A stretch of 62,152 nt of DNA, filler included, from Sphacelaria rigidula (Eukaryota), in NCBI GenBank assembly GCA_964200075.2. It is 10 parts of 10 records of this genome, joined end to end, with 100 filler letters (N's around TTAATTAATTAA, not from the genome) between each part and the next. Parts side by side here need not be neighbours in the genome. Positions count along the whole stretch, not along the records: positions 37,354 to 43,478 come from CAXNAA020022074.1; positions 43,579 to 49,703 come from CAXNAA020022075.1; positions 49,804 to 55,928 come from CAXNAA020022076.1; 7 more parts are not named here. One strand, 5' to 3'. Below the pieces are notes generated by a model that was given only the letters and a program-made list of their open reading frames with translations, made no database searches and was not told where the DNA came from. Both the position numbers and the translations under genes were made by a program. This document shows, one piece after another, positions 40,247 through 51,598 of this stretch (the first letter of the stretch is position 1; every line of letters starts with the position of its first letter).

Positions 40247-41002
40247 GTAAGGTGCAGCGAGCACACAGTTGTGCAGGAATGTAAACATTATTCTGGTAAA
40301 CATATTCCGACGCTCACTTCAGGTGACCTTATCCCTACTGGTATGTCGAAGCTACGTACTCACGGCAGCTGCTAGACACCACAAAACCCAGTACTGAAAT
40401 TATTTTTCCAACTTTCGATATTCTTTTTAGGGGAATAATCTGCAACTTCGACAGTACCAGATGAGCGCACCAAGGTTGGCAGTCCACTACAATTTTCAGT
40501 TCCGTGGATGCATCTACTCTGGCCATCTACGGGTACTTTGTGATGGTACTTGCGGTATATGCAGAATAACACGGACTTTGGCGATATTGGAAAATTCCCG
40601 AATCGAGTGGGGGCAATTCGGCGCTGACTCTGTGCCGCAGTCGTGGCTTCACAGTCAGGCTGCGAATACGTGACAGCTGAGGTGGTTCCCCACCAGCTCA
40701 GGGGTGAAGGCCAGTCTCTGTACTTACACGTGATGGGCCGGTCAAAGGTGACCCTTGACGGCGTCAGCTTCGAACCGCGCGGGAAATAGAGGTGATCGAT
40801 GGGGGAAGTCAGGCATGGTGGGTTAGGTGTAGAGCGAACGTGTGCAGCACGAGCCATGAATGCTCGTGGAGCACGTCAGTGGAAGCGACACACACCTCGC
40901 CATCATGTGTATAATACAAAGTTTTCACACCTCGGACAAGATAACTAAGGTAAACTCGAGTTCACTACCTTCCCCCATAGTTCACCTGCGATTTATAACA
41001 AC

Positions 41003-41505
41003 ATAATTCAGCGGTTCCTATTCCGGTCAGGTGAGTAATACACGATAACTCAGCGGTAAATATTTTAGCCGAGTGAGTTATAGAAGATAACTTAGCGGTG
41101 CACATTGTGGCCGGGTGAGTTATAGATCATACCCCAGCGGTGCACATTCTGGTCGGGTGATTTATAGAACATGACTCAGGGGTACATACTCTGGCCGGGT
41201 GAGCTATAGTGCATAACTCAGCGGTACATATTCTGGCCGGGTGAGTTACAGAACACAACTCGGCGGTGAATATTCTGGCCGGGTGGGTTATAGACCATAA
41301 CTCAGCGGGGCATATTTTGGCCGGGTGAGTTATACGACATACCTCATCCGTGCATATCTTGGTCACGTGAGTTGAAGTACATAGCTCATCGGTGCATATT
41401 TTGGCCGGGTGAGTTATGGAACATAATTATTGGCGCTTGTCTTGAGTAAGGTGAGTATACAGCATAACTCACCGGTGTATATTTTCGGACGGTGATTGTT
41501 ACGAC
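41003..41505. repeat. Tandem array of 12 x 42-bp self-complementary units (intronic)
   Basis: Unit starts at 41003, 41045, 41087, 41129, 41171, 41213, 41255, 41297, 41339, 41381, 41423, 41464; consensus ATAACTCAGCGGTACATATTCTGGCCGGGTGAGTTATAGAAC. Confidence 0.95.
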
Positions 41506-41827
41506 ATGGCTGAGTTAACTCATGAGTTGTTTGACGTGTGAAAGGTTCGCCTGAGGCTGTACACCCTTTACTGTAACAGGATCGATGTACTGTCATGTCA
41601 GAGCACGATAGCGCACCGCTGTAGTCCTGGTCGTGCATATACCTCAATTTCGCAACTTTTGCGTACATTGCGCTGTCCATCGCAGTCGTGTGCTTTTCAA
41701 ACGGCACTTCTTTGTCTTTCCGGCGTCGGCGCTCAATGAGCTTGAGTACTGGAAGTCAACTGTGTTTCCTTGCTCCCTCGTGTACTCGTGATAACGTCAA
41801 AACATGTCACGAAACGCATCTCCACAG

Positions 41828-42449
41828 CAGCAGAAGGAATCACTTGGAGAGCCAGAACACCCGGTGGACACGAGACGCCCGCCTGAAGGCAAAATAACGA
41901 AAGGAGGAAATGCTACCGAAATGACGACAACTGCAAAAACATCAGACCCTCTCGTCACCTCAAGACAACAGCATCTCGATCCTAACGTCCAAAGTGCGAC
42001 CTCGTTGGTTCAGGATCAAGCCCGAGTTTCGAAATCGATCGCGATCGAGGATGTGATCTATAACGATAGCGACGACGATCACATCAAAGGCACGGATCGT
42101 GGTGACACCAGCAAACAAGACAAAATCAAGGCAAATAGAGACGAAGAAGAGTTACCACCTTGGCTCAGCCCCACCGGAGCACGTGCCGTACAGCCCTGGA
42201 AAGCGCTCATGAGGGTTCCGTGGCCAGCCGGGATCCAACCCGAATTTCGAACGGTGTTTTGTCACAGGTGGGGCTATCGATGCGGCAGTGGCTTTGACGG
42301 CCTTGCCGTTGAGAGTGCGTGTGGGAAAGCTGAGGGAGCACAGCTTGCGGTTGATCGAGTAGGAACTCCAGTAGGACAGGGAGTGCCCGCGACACCTGGT
42401 CCAGCCGCCCCTGGGTCGCTACTGAAAACGATCACAAAAATCATTTCAG
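41828..42449 (+). CDS. CEP104-like protein, large exon (disordered linker and possible start of TOG domain)
   Basis: cag-cag-cag acceptor, 622 nt open, donor G|gtaatg; PPWLS...TVFCHRWGYR recalls CEP104 TOG-start 'PEPL...AY.K.W..R'. Confidence 0.6.
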
Positions 42450-43478
42450 GTAATGAACCTCTGCGTATGCAACTACCTAGGTGTAAGATGGGGCTGAGCT
42501 TCAGGACTGCGGTAGCACTTCGGTCTTTTCAGTTAGGCCATACCAAACGCCGGCCGTCGTTCCCGAGAGGCCGACATGTATTAGGAAATAGTTATCTGGG
42601 CTCTCGGAATTATCTTGGGTCCTCACAATGATTTGTTTTTGTGCTCTTTATCCCTTCCGTTTCTCTGGATGAGCTGTAGTCTCAGAGAACCAAGCAGTCT
42701 CTCTCCCGGGACTTGCCTTGCGGCGTATTTTCAAGCAGCACTTCCACATTCTGTCGATTTTCATGGAATGCTGTTGCTTTGCCATCTCGCGTTCTTGTGT
42801 TTTCGGACGACGGAACCCGGTAAAGCTTGCAGTGTTGTATTTGAACCCGCAACGTACGACCAGTGTAGTATTGGTGCCCCAGGCTGACCAGCAGGGCTCA
42901 CTGACATCTGGACCAGGGATATATGTTCGCAGGTTCATCCTTGACATTCCCCTGCGACACAATCATCTTCCAGTGACATCCATCGGCGATCTCACGTCTA
43001 CCTGGGATTTTTCTACCTTGAGGCTTTCATGTAGAGCACGAGAATCTATATCGGACGTCCATCTACGACACCCGTTGGAGACGTGAACGTATCTGGTCGA
43101 TATTTCCTGGAAACAGGTTTATGCTATGAAGCGAACCCTGTTTAACCCGATCCCAACCAAAACCGTAACCCTGACTCAAATCAACCCATGCGCTGGTTAT
43201 CACACATCTGGGTCAGCGTAACCTCGCAGAGCGTGGCGCGGTGCATCGTCCGCTCGCAGAGCATATATTTTACGGCACACATCGTCGTTAGCGCGCACTG
43301 ACAGAGGCCGGTACTGTGAGTCGAGACGTCGACGTCTCCGGGTAAACTTTTCGGATGCGTTTGAGATCCCCGATCAATGACACTTTCTACGATAGCCCCC
43401 CCCCCAAACCATCCGTCTCGAAAGGGATGCGTGGTCAATGGTCAAACGACTAAGGCAAGCAACAAATGAGTACGCCCC

Positions 43479-43578
43479 NNNNNNNNNNNNNNNNNNNNNN
43501 NNNNNNNNNNNNNNNNNNNNNNTTAATTAATTAANNNNNNNNNNNNNNNNNNNNNNNNNNNNNNNNNNNNNNNNNNNN
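43479..43578. other. Artificial contig linker
   Basis: N44-TTAATTAATTAA-N44. Confidence 0.99.
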
Positions 43579-44184
43579 CTCCGGGTTCTCATCCTCAATG
43601 AAAAGCACCATCCTCAACACAGATGATCGGCTGTTTATATGTGTATAACCTTGGTTGTTGTGGTGGTCCAACACGCAGAGCAAGGGGCTGGTGGGAAGAC
43701 TTCACAGTGACGGAGCGTGTGCTGACTTGTCACGTCGTCGGTTGTTTTCACCCCTGCACAATATATATATATATATGATGGTGGACATCAGTGGTGGCGA
43801 TAGGCCTGTACTTCACACAGTGCATGTTTGGTCTCTTGCAATTACTAACCGAAAATTGTCGGGGGGGGGGGGTTGTTCGTGGTTTACATCGATAGGTGAA
43901 GTCGTGCACAAAATCGAAAATCTGGGATTTGGGTTTATAGTCAAAGCTAGCGGTCTGAGTGCCTCACCCGTGCTGCCACATGTGTAAGTCTACCCCAGCC
44001 TGCCTACCCCTTTCTTTTTCCCCGCTGCATATAAACAGGACACGTCCCTGTGTGTTAGGGAAGAAGGTTAGCTCGTGCTCCTCCTGTGACCATCGTCATG
44101 TGTTGCTTGTGTGCGAGAGAAATCAGGGTCATCCTTCACGGGGGGACACTTCGCTACACCCTCGGAACACCTTCCGCAGGCACA

Positions 44185-44340
44185 GACCCTCTGGCGATCC
44201 TCTGAAGGTCCAGAATCCCCTGCGGCGACCCTCTACACACCATCCAAAGGTCCAGAACCCCCGTGGTGATCCTCTACACACCCTTCCTGTCTGTACAAGA
44301 TCCAGAACCCCGTGTGGCGACCCTCTACACACCCTCTAGA
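44185..44340 (+). repeat. Short irregular tandem repeat (3-4 units)
   Basis: Recurring ggygaycctctacacacc...tccagaayccc. Confidence 0.7.
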
Positions 44341-44790
44341 ATGTAATGCCTTGCGGCGAGAGCAAAATATCCACCTGTGTGTAGACGAGTAGCTGAGAGT
44401 ATAGTGGAAGCATCCATTGTATTATACGACAACATCGAAACCCGGGATGAGACCCCCGAATATCTTACCCGACCTCCATTCCCTGCAACTCACATAAAGC
44501 AGAAACACGCACTATAGGCAATCAAACCGACTCATCAAGGAAGCAGTATGTTGTGTTCGATTCAGTTGACGGGCTGATAACCGCTGCGGGGGCCTGGGGC
44601 GGCTTTCAAAGCGTCGGCGACAGCGTGTTCAAAAAAGGCGATTATACGGGAAGCATTCTTTTTTCACGCGTTCTGGGGAACGCTGCAGAGAGGAGTGCTA
44701 TTATATACGTGGTACTGTGTACACCACAGTACAGGCGGCACAGCCTACAGTTCAATGCCAACCACACTTCTTGTTGGAGAGTGGTCACAT

Positions 44791-44985
44791 TGTAATGCGT
44801 GAGAGGACCGCGCTGTAGTTCAAAACACCGTAGGATCGATGTTTTTCGAAACCAATCGGGTCAGTCCCTGCAGGTACCACGCCCCTGACCATAACCCCAG
44901 CCCTAACCCTAACCCTAATCCTAACCATAGGGATGTTCAAATTCTGATGCGGTCCTCTAAGCGCGCGGTCCTCTCACGCATTACA
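44791..44985. mobile_element. Non-autonomous TGT...ACA TIR element with internal CCCTAA repeats, copy 1
   Basis: Perfect 23-bp TIR TGTAATGCGTGAGAGGACCGCGC; 4-bp TSD ACAT/ACAT. Confidence 0.9.
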
Positions 44986-45762
44986 ACATGTCCAGGCAAC
45001 AACCTGCCATACTGCCCCATCTGTGAAAATTCCTACAACAACAACAGACGAGTATCGCAACGCATGAACTGGGCATTTTTTCCTAGTTAGAGAGGGAATA
45101 AGAGTGCGGCTATTTCCAGACTGCGGGTGCGAGAAGTTATGGATACCGTACGTACTTCTTGTGGCGTTTATGGCGATTGCAACAACATACCTACCGGCAG
45201 TGAAGGATACTCGTACTTTTTTTTTTCTCACACGCTGAATCCCTTCCCTTCCTCGGGATGAGTTCGTGATCTCAAGGGATCAACCCATCTCTCCCCCAGT
45301 ACGTGCCTTCCATTTTGGTCTCGCGGATTGGGTCAGCACTCGCGCACCGCGTCAACTCACGTCACACAAACCCAGTCGACTACTTGGTTTACTCACGTTA
45401 TCACGCTTTCCACGGTGGAAATCATAAATATTACAGGCTGGGCCGCTCAAGACGCGGATAGGGATGTGAACACGCGATTCAGCAGCTCAATTTTGGGTCG
45501 TTTTGTATGAAATTTTGACAGAATTTTCAGGACGTATATATGACATAATGTGCGAAGACGCCCCCCATTTGCCCCGTACATTTTTCTCTTTCTCTTCTTG
45601 GGAGTTCTTCACGATTTTGCCTTTTGCCCAACGAGTGCGAGTGCCACGAGTCACACTCATGCTCGTCCGACGTATGAAAATTTCATGAAAAACAACTCGA
45701 AATTGAGCAGTAAATTAAATCGCGTTTTGCTGTCGAGAACGGTTCACTTGCTTTTAAAGTAC

Positions 45763-45973
45763 TGTAATGCGTGAGAGGACCGCGTGCTTAGAGGACCGCG
45801 CCGCAGTTCAAAACACCGCAGGATCGATGTTTTTCTAAACCAATCGTGCCAGTCTGTGCAGGTACCACGCCCCAGACCATAACCCCAACACTAACCCTAA
45901 CCAGAACCCTAACCATGAGGATGTTCAAATTCCGATGCGGTCCTCTAAGCACGCGTTCCTCTCACGCATTACA
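45763..45973. mobile_element. Non-autonomous TGT...ACA TIR element, copy 2
   Basis: 37-bp TIR with 1 mismatch; flanks GTAC/GTAA. Confidence 0.9.
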
Positions 45974-46419
45974 GTAAAATAACCTCAGCCGGGACTTTGT
46001 TTTCTACAAGCGCGACGCCTTATTGGCGCGCTGGAGGTCTCGTCTGCGTACCATCTAGACACTGCTCGCCTACAGTACGACATGCCTTGTTGTACAACCA
46101 CGACTATTGCAGCACCATCACTTTGCGGCCGCTGCACAACCGACTGGAACCGTGAACGCGATTTCAGCCCTTTCCCCCCCCTATTTCCCCCGCACATGCC
46201 ACCACCCTCAACTTCACACTTCGCAGCTGACTGCAGTTTGATATTTCGTTTGATGGAAACTTGTCAGATCTCAGTGCCACGTGAAGTGAAAGATACGCGT
46301 TGATTTGCAGATTACCACGATGTGTCATAGTAGGCACAACTCGCGATAGGTCGTCAGTTAGAACCGGCTGAAGGAAGGTCCGCTTCTTAGGCGGCCCAGC
46401 CTGTACGAAGAAGAAACCC

Positions 46420-46498
46420 AACGCGTCGGGAATCGAACTCCCGTTCTCTCCACCCTAATGGCGACAGTCGGACCATTACACCACCGGGGCGCAGCGGC
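46420..46498 (-). repeat. tRNA-like head (SINE-type or tRNA pseudogene)
   Basis: A-box-like GGTGGTGTAATGGT and B-box-like GGAGTTCGATTCCC on the minus strand; no complete cloverleaf. Confidence 0.55.
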
Positions 46499-46530
46499 GT
46501 AAATGGACAAAACACATGCGGCCATTCGGT

Positions 46531-46910
46531 TACCCCCCAAAATATACTCTCTGTTTCGGTCAACTTTTCGAGCCTCTGGAGGAATTAAACGCCTCTAGAG
46601 GGTGCGCGGCCCTCCAGAGGGGTGGGATCGAACGCCTCCAGAGGCTTGTTCTGCCTCTGGAGCGCCGCGCACTCTCTGGAGGAACTTGGAGGATGCGCAG
46701 CCCTCCAGAGCACCATTTGTTTTGTTACTCTCGAGGGATTCAGACCTCAGAAGAAGTCACTGGAGCATCAGATGCCTGCCCTCCAGAGGGTTTGTTGTAT
46801 GACCGGAACTGAGTATGAAATATCCTCTAGAAGAGGGTATTTTTATCCTCCGGAGGGTCGCTCTACCCTCGAGAGGATGAAAACCGCGACAGAGGATGTT
46901 TATGAGGGTA
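46531..46910. repeat. Element rich in palindromic CCTCYRGAGG motifs, with weak terminal inverted match
   Basis: Repeated cctctggagg, cctctagagg, cctccagagg, cctccggagg; ends taccccccaaaatatactc and gaggatgtttatgagggta. Confidence 0.55.
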
Positions 46911-46932
46911 GCCCAATGGCCGCGTGTGAATT

Positions 46933-47150
46933 AAAATTCGACTTGATAGTCGACGAGGGAAAAGGACTGCTGTACCCCTCTCATGATAGAAAATAGAAGG
47001 CAAGCACCGCAGAAGGAAGGTGGAGTACTAAAAACGAACAAAAAAGAAACTCCTGTGTTGATCTCCCTCCTGTGTGACCCCGTCTGATGGTGCGCCCACG
47101 TAAACCGAAAGGTGTAAGCCGGCGTCCAGAATAGATGGGACAACACACAA
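46933..47150 (+). mobile_element. 5'-truncated SINE-like copy (family of 50806-51123)
   Basis: Shared body gcaccgcagaaggaag...cctcctgtgtgacccc...accgaaaggtgta-ccggcgtccagaatagatgrgacaacac. Confidence 0.8.
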
Positions 47151-47889
47151 CACACAGACAGGCGTCACACATATTCGTATATTGTGTCGGGATATGAAGT
47201 GCTGCTCGCATCTCTTCGAAACGTATGCCGTGATTCTCACATCACTCTCCTGTACGAGCATGGGATGGCGGCTAACTTGTACTACTCTCAGCCATGTGAA
47301 ACAATTCGAAAAAATGAGATTAGTATATTCTCACCTTCACCTTCACTTCTCCATGCTTCCGAATGTTGTGCCCCCCAAATTTGGCGCTGACCACGGTGCC
47401 GGGGATATAACAGCTCGTGAGAGCCAGGATACCTGCGGCAATCAAGGCTTTTTTGCTATCGAGCATCGCTTCCCTCCTTTGCACGGACGTGATGATATTA
47501 CTAGACGGTGCTGAGTGTAGAACGGTCTACGGTGGTGTGCCCGAGAGAAGTAGTAGGTGTTGCGTTTTTCCTCTGTGAAGGTAATGCTATACTGCTTGTG
47601 TCGCGGTTGTTGGCAGACTGCAAGGAGCGAGATCGGTGCCGTGGGGAATAGTAACATGTATGTGGAGGGGGGGGGGGGGGTTGGCAGGGGAGAGTTCATG
47701 GGTGATTGNNNNNNNNNNAAGGAGGGGGGGGGGGGGGGGGGGAAAGAAGAAGAGGGGGGGGGGGGGGGGGGGGGGGGATTGGCATGTGAGACTTCATGGG
47801 TGATTGAAGAAAAACGAACATTCATCAGAATGATCTTCGACAAGAAAAGTTCTGAATTTCCGCGCGGAATATTTGTATTGGGAATAATC

Positions 47890-48280
47890 GGGGATGTGCA
47901 CGGATTGAGAATAAATCCGCGGAGCGGATTATTAGGGTGCGGATTGACACAATTCGCACCGCTCCGTGGCATTTGTAGGGGGCGGATGTCCGCTCCGTGA
48001 CAATCCCTGATTTTCGCACTGGCGGATATCCGCTCCGTACCATGTTCGAAAAATCCGCTCCGCACCGTTACATTTTCGTTGGCGGATATATCCGCTCCGC
48101 AATAATCCGTGAATCTCCCGATGTACGGATCGGTATCCACTCCGCTCCACTCCGCTCCACTCCGCTCTGCTCCGTGACAATTTTAAAAAAACACGCTCCG
48201 CTCCGTATAGATTACAGCTGTGCGGTGGGAACCGTGAAACGCGTTTTTTTTACGGTGCGGGTTTATCCACTCCGTACGTA
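47890..48280. repeat. CTCCG/CGGAT motif-dense stretch (TE subterminal-type repeats)
   Basis: More than ten ccgctccg/actccg motifs plus interleaved cggat/cggag. Confidence 0.6.
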
Positions 48281-48800
48281 ATCCGTGCGTTCTCCGTGGC
48301 ATAACTTACGGATCGAAGCGCTGAAAAGCCACGGATTTCCAAGGACCAATTTCAAATTCCAATTTGTTTCGAATGCCGGATGACTGAGAACTCAAGAATT
48401 CGAAGAATAAAAATATCGTGCTGGATGATCAATTCGCCGATACGGTTCTGAAACTCTGCACTCCGTACTTTATCCGTGCGTTCTCCGTAGCATATCATAT
48501 ATATATCAAACCGCTGAAAAGCCATGAAATTCCACGGACGAAGTTGCCCGGAATGCCGTGTGTGTGTGTCTGTGTTGTCGTATAACTTAGAATTCGAAGT
48601 GTGAAACATATCGTTCTGTGTAATGAGCAATTCGCCAATACGATTCTGAAATTGTGCTCCGTTCTTCATCCGTGCGTTCTCCGTAGCATCACTCAACTTG
48701 AACCGCTGAAAAGCCACGAAACCCCACGGACAAAAATGTTCCGAGTGCCAGGTAAGTTGGAATTTGACTTCCGAAAAATATTGTTCTGGATAACACTTCG
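48281..48800 (+). repeat. Tandem repeat of about 190-195 bp, roughly 3 units
   Basis: atccgtgcgttctccgtrgcat...cgctgaaaagcca at 48281, 48472 and 48668. Confidence 0.8.
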
Positions 48801-48815
48801 CTGATATTTAATACC

Positions 48816-49264
48816 ATATTCGTGAGATTCAGAGTGTAACATCGGATTCAGAGTGAGACCCGAAACAATCGACTTTCCCGTCGAGTTTGAAACGCCACAG
48901 TTCGAGGAGTAATGCGCCCAGCTGGTGAAGCGGTGGCGTAAATGAAAGCTGTCACCTACACGATCAATCTGACACATCAATCGATCGCAACGGCGTAGTC
49001 AGGTTATTGCAACAAAAGACCCCCTCTTTCAGGAAAAACCGATTAGTGCCTGAAACAGTTTCAGTTCCGAAATGCCCCCCAGGCGTAAAAGTGCTTTGTG
49101 CAGTGTCTCACCAACCAGACCGCCGAATTCCTCGAATGGAGTACTGTACGGTAGCTGCATGCACAGCACGTGTACTCAAGCAAAAAAACGAAAAAAAGTT
49201 GCCTCTTAGGAACGCTAGAGCATCCACTCTGAATCTTAAACTACCCTCTGAATCTCACGAATAT
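48816..49264. mobile_element. MITE-like element related to 18250-18515
   Basis: TIR atattcgtgagattcagag / ctctgaatctcacgaatat with a second gattcagagtg motif inside each end. Confidence 0.75.
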
Positions 49265-49703
49265 AGTGTTATTAGTGTAAGCGATGCCTTTTTCACGTTT
49301 TGCAGAACGTTGTGGGAATCAGAACGTGTCATGCACCCCGCCCGGCAGGTGTAACTGTCCGTTTCTTACCGTCGTTCTGTTGCACACAATGTGGACCAGG
49401 TCAAGCGAATGTGGACCGCCAGCGCAAAGCAGGGGCTGCACCAGATCTTCAACAGGTGCGAAAGAACGATGCCTTCCAAAGGAAACACGCGTGTCCGATA
49501 GCCTCTTGATATTGTGTGATATACATACACCTGATATATAGAGGTACATTTTACGTGAAAATTAGTTTAATCTTCTGCAGACGCTCGTGAGTACTGTTCC
49601 CTTCTTCAGGCGCTCCCATGTTGCCCCCCACTCGTTTGGTGACGCACCCATGAGGCAGTGTATAAGCCGTGGCTGTCTCTGGAAGTGGCGATACGAGAAA
49701 GTA

Positions 49704-49803
49704 NNNNNNNNNNNNNNNNNNNNNNNNNNNNNNNNNNNNNNNNNNNNTTAATTAATTAANNNNNNNNNNNNNNNNNNNNNNNNNNNNNNNNNNNNNNNNN
49801 NNN
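49704..49803. other. Artificial contig linker
   Basis: N44-TTAATTAATTAA-N44. Confidence 0.99.
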
Positions 49804-49957
49804 AGGATCGACGTTTTTCAAAACCAATCGGCCCAGTCCCTGCAGGTACCACTCCCCTAACCATAACCCCAACACTAACCTTAACCCTAACCCTAACCAT
49901 AGGAATGTTCAAATTCCGATGCGGTCCTCTAAATATGCGGTCCTCTCACGCATTACA
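49804..49957. mobile_element. TGT...ACA TIR element, copy 3 (left end cut by the contig start)
   Basis: Same body, cctaac repeats and right TIR gcggtcctctcacgcattaca. Confidence 0.88.
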
Positions 49958-50805
49958 TTATCGACCGTGCAACACAGTTTATCGGCCGTAGTGCAATGAG
50001 TAGGTAGAAATAAAAAAAAATGAAACTCTACATTTCTTTACAAACATGATCAGGACAGGCTCGATCGACCGAAAATACAGAAGAGTAAGAATCTGGGCTA
50101 AAACGTAGCAGGTCCCCCGATGACGGTCAGCCCATAAGTCACTCAAAGTTGAGTACAGATGATTTTGTTTCTTGGAATGTGGAGCGGATACAAGTATCTT
50201 CAGATCCCCGATGTGGTAAGCTGTGGCAAGCGAAAAGAGATCAAGAAAATCGTCAATTACGAAAAAATCTCAAATTGCCACAAAATAAATAGTTAGACCG
50301 CTCACTACTGTATGTTTTTTACCGCAGAGAATCAGTCGCGTAGGTGACGTTTACCTCGATACTGAGATGAGCCATTTCCACCCTGCTTCTTTACGTCGAA
50401 TGGCCCCCGGCGCACATGACGTCTCCTGGAGGTGGTTCTCCCGGTGTTTGGCGGGACGGCCAATCTTCTTGGGCCTCTGTGCAGCACACCGACATCAATC
50501 TGGGATTTGGACGTCCATCCTATCTGCCCATCTGGTATATCACATTCCACACCGACATCCATCCCGGATAATTTCTTCGTCAGAGCAATGCTACGGTAGG
50601 GGTTGCACGTTTTGGTTACGGGGCTTTCCTTCTCGTAGGAGCACAAATATATGGGGCTTATCGTGGGCAACCCTCACCCTTTGGGGACCCATCTACGATG
50701 CCCATGTCCCGAATGGATGTACATATCCCAGGAGAATATCCCCAGACGGACATCTATATCCCAAGTGAGTATACCAGAGGAATATGATATTCCACATAAG
50801 TTTGC

Positions 50806-51123
50806 GGTGTTGTCTCATCTATTCTGGACGCCGGTCTACACCTTTCGGTATATATGGGCTTCCCAGCGGGGGTCACACAGGAGGAAGTCTCTTCTGTTTG
50901 TTTTGTCTCCACACCTCTTCCTTCTGCGGTGCTTTTGTCGCGAGAGGGGTCCAGCAGTTCCTTTCTCTTATCAACCATCAGTTGAATTTTTTGTACCCAC
51001 GACATGGTCGCGCTCCACTGTTGGGCATGGTATGAGAAAAAACCCAGATCGCTGCCCGAGATTCGAACCCAGGACCCAACTGTCAGAAGGTTTCGAGGTT
51101 ACCAACTGAGCCACGGGGGCGAC
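50806..51123 (-). mobile_element. tRNA-derived SINE-like element, apparently full length
   Basis: Head with A box TGGCTCAGTTGG and B box GGTTCGAATC, followed by a body shared with 46933-47150. Confidence 0.8.
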
Positions 51124-51448
51124 ATGCTTGATGTCCCACAATGATATTTTTCATATCCTACATTGAGGTCCATATTGTGTATCACATAACAGACAGACGT
51201 CCCTCTAGGATATCCAAGTCCCAAATGGAGGTTGCACGAAAATGCAAGATCGTGTTCAGGGTTCACGTGGCCGTACCCGCAGTTGTACAGTCGCAATGCC
51301 CACGTGAAGCAGGGCATGGGAAGGACAGGGTCGCGTGGTGCCTTTGCACTAGACAAAACTGGTGTCGCACTAGATAGACGTCCAAAACGTACTCAGTAAC
51401 TGTGAAACACACGTGCACAACAGAAATATGGTGTTCACCGGTACTTAC

Positions 51449-51598
51449 TGGGCCAAGACAGGAAATGCACACAGTCTCGTCTTGAAGGAGAGAGCCGAAA
51501 AGATGTGAGGAGACTGGCAAAAGTAGGGGGTCGAGATCGTCAAACCCAAGCTGTAGTTTGTCTTTGATCACCACAAGAGTCTGTAGCATCAGGGACAT
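51449..51598 (-). CDS. Candidate isolated exon or pseudo-exon, weakly USP (peptidase C19)-like
   Basis: tag|150 nt|gtaagt, only one frame open; ...PVSSHLFGSLLQDETVCISC recalls 'LFGG.L...V.C..C'. Confidence 0.3.

Noticed and set aside
40560..40830. LINE RT-like peptide (LHVMGRSKVTLDGVSFEP...VRHG)
   Set aside because: Only a faint resemblance across stops and frameshifts, with no YADD motif; cannot be supported without a profile search.
41003..41505. CRISPR interpretation of the palindromic 42-bp array
   Set aside because: No unique spacers, units are homologous along their whole length, the context is a eukaryotic intron, and no cas genes are present.
46420..46498. Functional tRNA gene
   Set aside because: A/B boxes are present but the acceptor and anticodon stems do not pair properly; better explained as a SINE head.
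47660..47810. Poly-G tracts and a duplicated ttcatgggtgattg around the N gap at 47709-47718
   Set aside because: Same scaffold/poly-G artefact pattern; the Gly/Pro-rich ORFs over it are not credible.
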